NCBI RefSeq assembly: GCF_004010195.1
Contig: NC_057719.1
Location: forward strand, 982,947-1,037,906
From: Chiloscyllium plagiosum
Lineage: Eukaryota
Direction of reading: 5' to 3'
DNA: 54,960 nucleotides
Part shown: positions 1 to 54,960 of the stretch, in pieces
Layout: every line of letters starts with the position of its first letter
Numbering within the stretch: position 1 is the stretch's first letter
Made by a program: the position numbers and the translations under genes
Notes under the pieces: model-generated
Told to the model about the DNA's origin: nothing
What the model saw: only the letters and a program-made list of their open reading frames with translations
Database searches by the model: none

Positions 1-430
1 TGAGGATCCTGGGATTGTATTCATTGGAGTTTAGAAGATTAAGGGGAGATCTAATCGAAACTTACAAGATAATACATGGCTTGGAGAGGGTGGATGCTCG
101 GAAATTGTTTCCGTTAAGCGAGGAGACTAGGACCCCGTGGGCACAGCCTTAGAATTAGAGGGGGTAAATTCAGAACAGAAATGCGGAGACATTTCTTCAG
201 CCAGAGAGTGGTGGGCCTGTGGAATTCATTGCCGCAGAGTGCAGTGGAGGCTGGGACGCTAAATGTCTTCAAGGCAGAAATTGATAAATTCTTGATGTCA
301 CAAGGAATTAAGGGCTACGGGGAGAATGCGGGTAAGTGGAGTTAAATGCCCATCAGCCATGATTGAATGGCGGAGTGGACTCGATGAGCCGAATGGCCTT
401 ACTTCCACTCCTATGTCTTATGGTCTTATG
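1..430 (+). mobile_element. CR1/HER1-like LINE 3' end
   Basis: Encodes LGLYSLEFRRLRGDLIETYKI...FFSQRVVGLWNSLP; ends in a short repeated tail (cttatgg). Confidence 0.85.
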
Positions 431-939
431 GAAGTGCAGCCAACCTGCTGACAGCCAGCTCCCGTGACCTGCACTGTGATAACAATCATCAGTTGTTTTG
501 TCTTTAAACTGACGTTTGGTTGCAAGGAAAACTCCTCTGTCATTCTTTGAATGAGAGAGAGATTCAAATCTGTTCACTTTAGCAACAAGGATAGTGACTG
601 CAGTCTGAGCTGACAGCTTTGGAATGGTTCGTTAATCTGGATCAGTACTAAAGTTGCATTTGCTGTTCCTTAACCAGAGTGGATTCAGGGAATGTCCTGA
701 TTGATATGTTTTGACTTGACTGATGCAAGTTCATTTTGGAATGTGCATGTGATAGGTGAGGCCAGCATTTATTGGCCAACTGCGATTGCGTTGAAAAGGT
801 GGTAATTGGAGATGGTCCTCTACATCAGTATCTTCCTGAAGAAGAGAAGAAATGTCAAGTGTGAGTTGTGACCAGGCACTCCAGTGAATAGCTGGCAGCT
901 TCACACTCTCTCATCAGGGATAGATGTGACATGTAGTGA

Positions 940-52029
<51,090 letters not shown>

Positions 52030-52154
52030 GTGAGTATAGAGCAGTTTCCAAAGGATTATATCACCAGTGCAGGTTACTTCACCATGATGTTTATTCCCTC
52101 AAATTTAAAAGGGAGGGGCTGATCTGTTCAAGATGGTGAGAGTATTAAAGGCAT

Positions 52155-53610
52155 TAGAGAAGCATAGAGAATAGGAGCAGGAGTAGGCCATTCAGCCTTT
52201 CAAGCCTGCTGCACCATTCATTACGATCATGGCAGTTGTTGTTCCAACTCTGGAACCTGTTCCCACTTTTCCCCCATTTCCTTTGATTCCTTTCAGCTCC
52301 ACGTGCTATATCTAACTGTTTCTTGAAATGATTGTGTTTTGGCCTCAACTGCTTTCTGTTGGAGAGAATGCCACAGGGTCTGGGTGAAGACATTCTCCCC
52401 TTCTCAGTCCAAATGGTGTACCTTATACCTTTAGACTGTGACCCCTGGCTCTGGACCCCCCCACCATTGGGAACATCCTTCCTGCATCTAATCTCTCCAA
52501 ACCAGTTTAGAACTTCATAATTTACCTCATTCTTCTAAACTCCGGTGAATATAATCCTTACTGATTCAGCCTCTCCTTATAAGTCAGTCCCACCATCCCA
52601 GGGATCAGTCTGGAAAACCTTGCCTGCACTTCCTCCACCACCAGAACATCCTTCCTCAGATAAGGATGCCAAAACTGCACACAGTATTCCCAGGTGTGGT
52701 CTCACCAAGACCCTGTCTAATTTCAGCAAGACATCTCTACTCCTATACTGGAATCCTCCCACTGTGAAGGCCAACATACCCTTTGTATTCTTGACCACCT
52801 GCACAGTTACCTTCAGTGACAAGTGTACAAGGACACTAAGCTATTGTTGCACATTCCCCTCTCTCAGTTTATAGCCTTTCAGACAATGATCTGCCTTCCT
52901 GTTTTTATTAACAAGGTGGGTAACCTCACATTTATCCACATTATACTGTGTCTGTCATGTATTTGCCCACTCCCTCAGCCTGTCCAAATCATACCGCATC
53001 CTCCTCGCAACTCATCCTCCCACCAATCTTGGTCTCATCTGCAAATTTGGAGATATTACATTGAGTTCCCTCATCTCCATCATCAAAGTATATTCATTGT
53101 TAGTATGTCCAAGCACTGATCCCTGTGGTACCCCACTGGGTATTCAGAAAATGTCTCATTTATTCCCACTCTGTTTTCTGTCTGCCAACTAGTTTCTGAC
53201 CATTTCAATACACTACCCCCAATCCCATATGCTTTAATTTCACATGCTAATCTCTTAGATGGAACTTTGTCAATAGCCTTCTGAAAGTCCAAATATCACC
53301 ACATCTGCAGTCTCCCCTGATCAGCTCTACTAGTCACATCCTCAAAGAATTCCAGTAGATTTATCAAGTATGACTTACTTTTCATGAATCCATACCAACT
53401 TTGTCTGATCATGCTACTGTTTTCCAAATGCTCAACTATTAAATCTTTTCTAGTAGTCTCTAGCGTTTTCCTCACTATCGATGTCAGGCTGACTGGTCTA
53501 TTATTTCTTGTATTGGGGTTACATTAGCTACACTCCAGGCTGTACGAACTGTTTCAGGGTCTAACGAAGATGACCACCAATGCATCCACTCTTTCTAGGG
53601 CCACCTCCTT
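52155..53610 (-). mobile_element. Decayed CR1 LINE
   Basis: DFQKAIDKVP, VLVRPHL; 3' tail at ~52160-52230. Confidence 0.82.
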
Positions 53611-53849
53611 AAGTGGGACATAGGACAGGTTCGTTAGGCAGAACTATTTTTTTCTGGTACAGAGCATCTAGAACGGTGTGCGGATCAAGCTGGGCCTTTC
53701 TGGAAATCCTTTGTCCACAGAAAGGGATCTGCATACTAGGAGATTGTTCCACAAGAGCTTAAAGATGCAGGGGTACAATGGAGACTATAGCTTTTTAGAG
53801 TGTGGGTACTAAAGATGGGTATTGATGAACTTTGGATTCAGAGCAGTGT

Positions 53850-54960
53850 TAGAACATAGAACAATACAGCGCAGAACAAGCCCTTCGGCCCTCGATGTTG
53901 CGCCGACCTGTGAACTATTCTCAGCTCGTCCCCCGACACTATCCCATCATCATCCACATGCTTACCCAAGGATTGTTTAAATCTCCCTATTGTGGCTGAG
54001 TTAACTACATTAGCAGGTAGGGCATTCCACACCCTTACCACTCTCTGAGTAAAGAACCTGCCTCTGTAATCTGTCTTAAATCTATCTCCCCTCAATTTGT
54101 AGTTATACCCCATCGTACACGCTGACTTCATCAGCCTAGGATAAAGAAACTCTCACTGTCTACCCTATCTAATCCTCTGATCATCTTGCATGTCTCTATC
54201 CCCTCTTAGTCTTCTTCTCTCCAATGAGAACAGACCCAGGTGTTTCAGTCTTTCCTCATAAGACCTTCCCTCCAGACCAGGCAACATCCTGGTAAATCTC
54301 CTCTGCATTTTTTCCAAAGCTTTCACATCCTTCCCAAAATATGGCAACCAGAACTGTACACAATATTCCAAGTGTGGCCGCACTAGCATTTTGTATAGTT
54401 GCAGCATGATATTGTGGCTCCGGGACTCAATCCCTCTAACAACGAAACCTAACATACTGTATTGCCTTCTTAACAGCACTATCCACCTGAGTGGCAACTT
54501 TCAGGGATCTATGTACATGGGACACCAAGATCCCTCTGCACATCCACATTACCAAGAATATTTCCATTGACCCAGTACTCTGCCTTCCTGTTATTCTTCC
54601 CAAAGTGCTTCACCTCACATTTAGCTGCATTGAACTCCATTTGCCACCTCTCAGCCCAATTCTGCAGTTTATCCAAATCCCCCTGCAACCTGTAACATTC
54701 TTCCAAACTGTCCACTATCCACCGACTTTAATGTCATCTGCAAATTTACTAATCCATCCACCTATGCCTGCGTCTAAGTCATTTATAAACAAGACAAACA
54801 GCAGAGGTCCCAAAATAGACCCTTGTGGCATACCACTAGTAACCGGACTCCAGGCTGAATATTTTCCATCAACCACCACTCGCTGCCTTCTTTCAGAAAG
54901 CCAGTTTCTAATCCAAACTGCTAAATCACCCTCAATCCCATGCCTGTGCATTTTCTCCAA
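53850..54960 (-). mobile_element. CR1 LINE 3' portion running off the window end
   Basis: [44 protein letters not shown]; similar subfamily to 26310-27272. Confidence 0.92.

Noticed and set aside
52030..54960. Final MTHFD1 coding exon (MSTMPGLPTRP-like)
   Set aside because: Not found; the region is CR1 sequence, so the exon presumably lies beyond the window. This is not evidence of truncation.

Overview
Vertebrate genomic DNA, most likely an elasmobranch (shark), judged from HE1-type V-SINEs and a high density of CR1/HER1-like LINEs. The window is the interior of one + strand gene, MTHFD1 (cytoplasmic trifunctional C1-tetrahydrofolate synthase). I mapped 21 consecutive GT-AG coding exons (1017-52029; 2341 nt, about 780 codons, no stops, phases all compatible). 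They correspond to human exons 6-26 as I recall the numbering; the first five exons and the last coding exon lie outside the window. The introns are mostly decayed CR1 LINEs, several tRNA-derived SINE families, Rex1/Babar fragments, a TA-flanked MITE and Penelope-like element (PLE) pieces, plus two N-gaps. The most notable unexplained structure is a recurring class of short fold-back insertions built from PLE 3' ends. They have long inverted arms, 9-15 bp target-site duplications in five copies, a nearly constant ~34-38 nt unpaired tail, and in most copies a hammerhead-ribozyme-like core (CUGANGA-stem-GAAA). Other observations: a locally templated intron copy inserted with a 15-bp duplication, a 44-bp hairpin/AATAAA tandem array, inverted SINE pairs bracketing exons 22-24, and a G-run-rich short intron. 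Repeat boundaries and family names were assigned by eye and are approximate.
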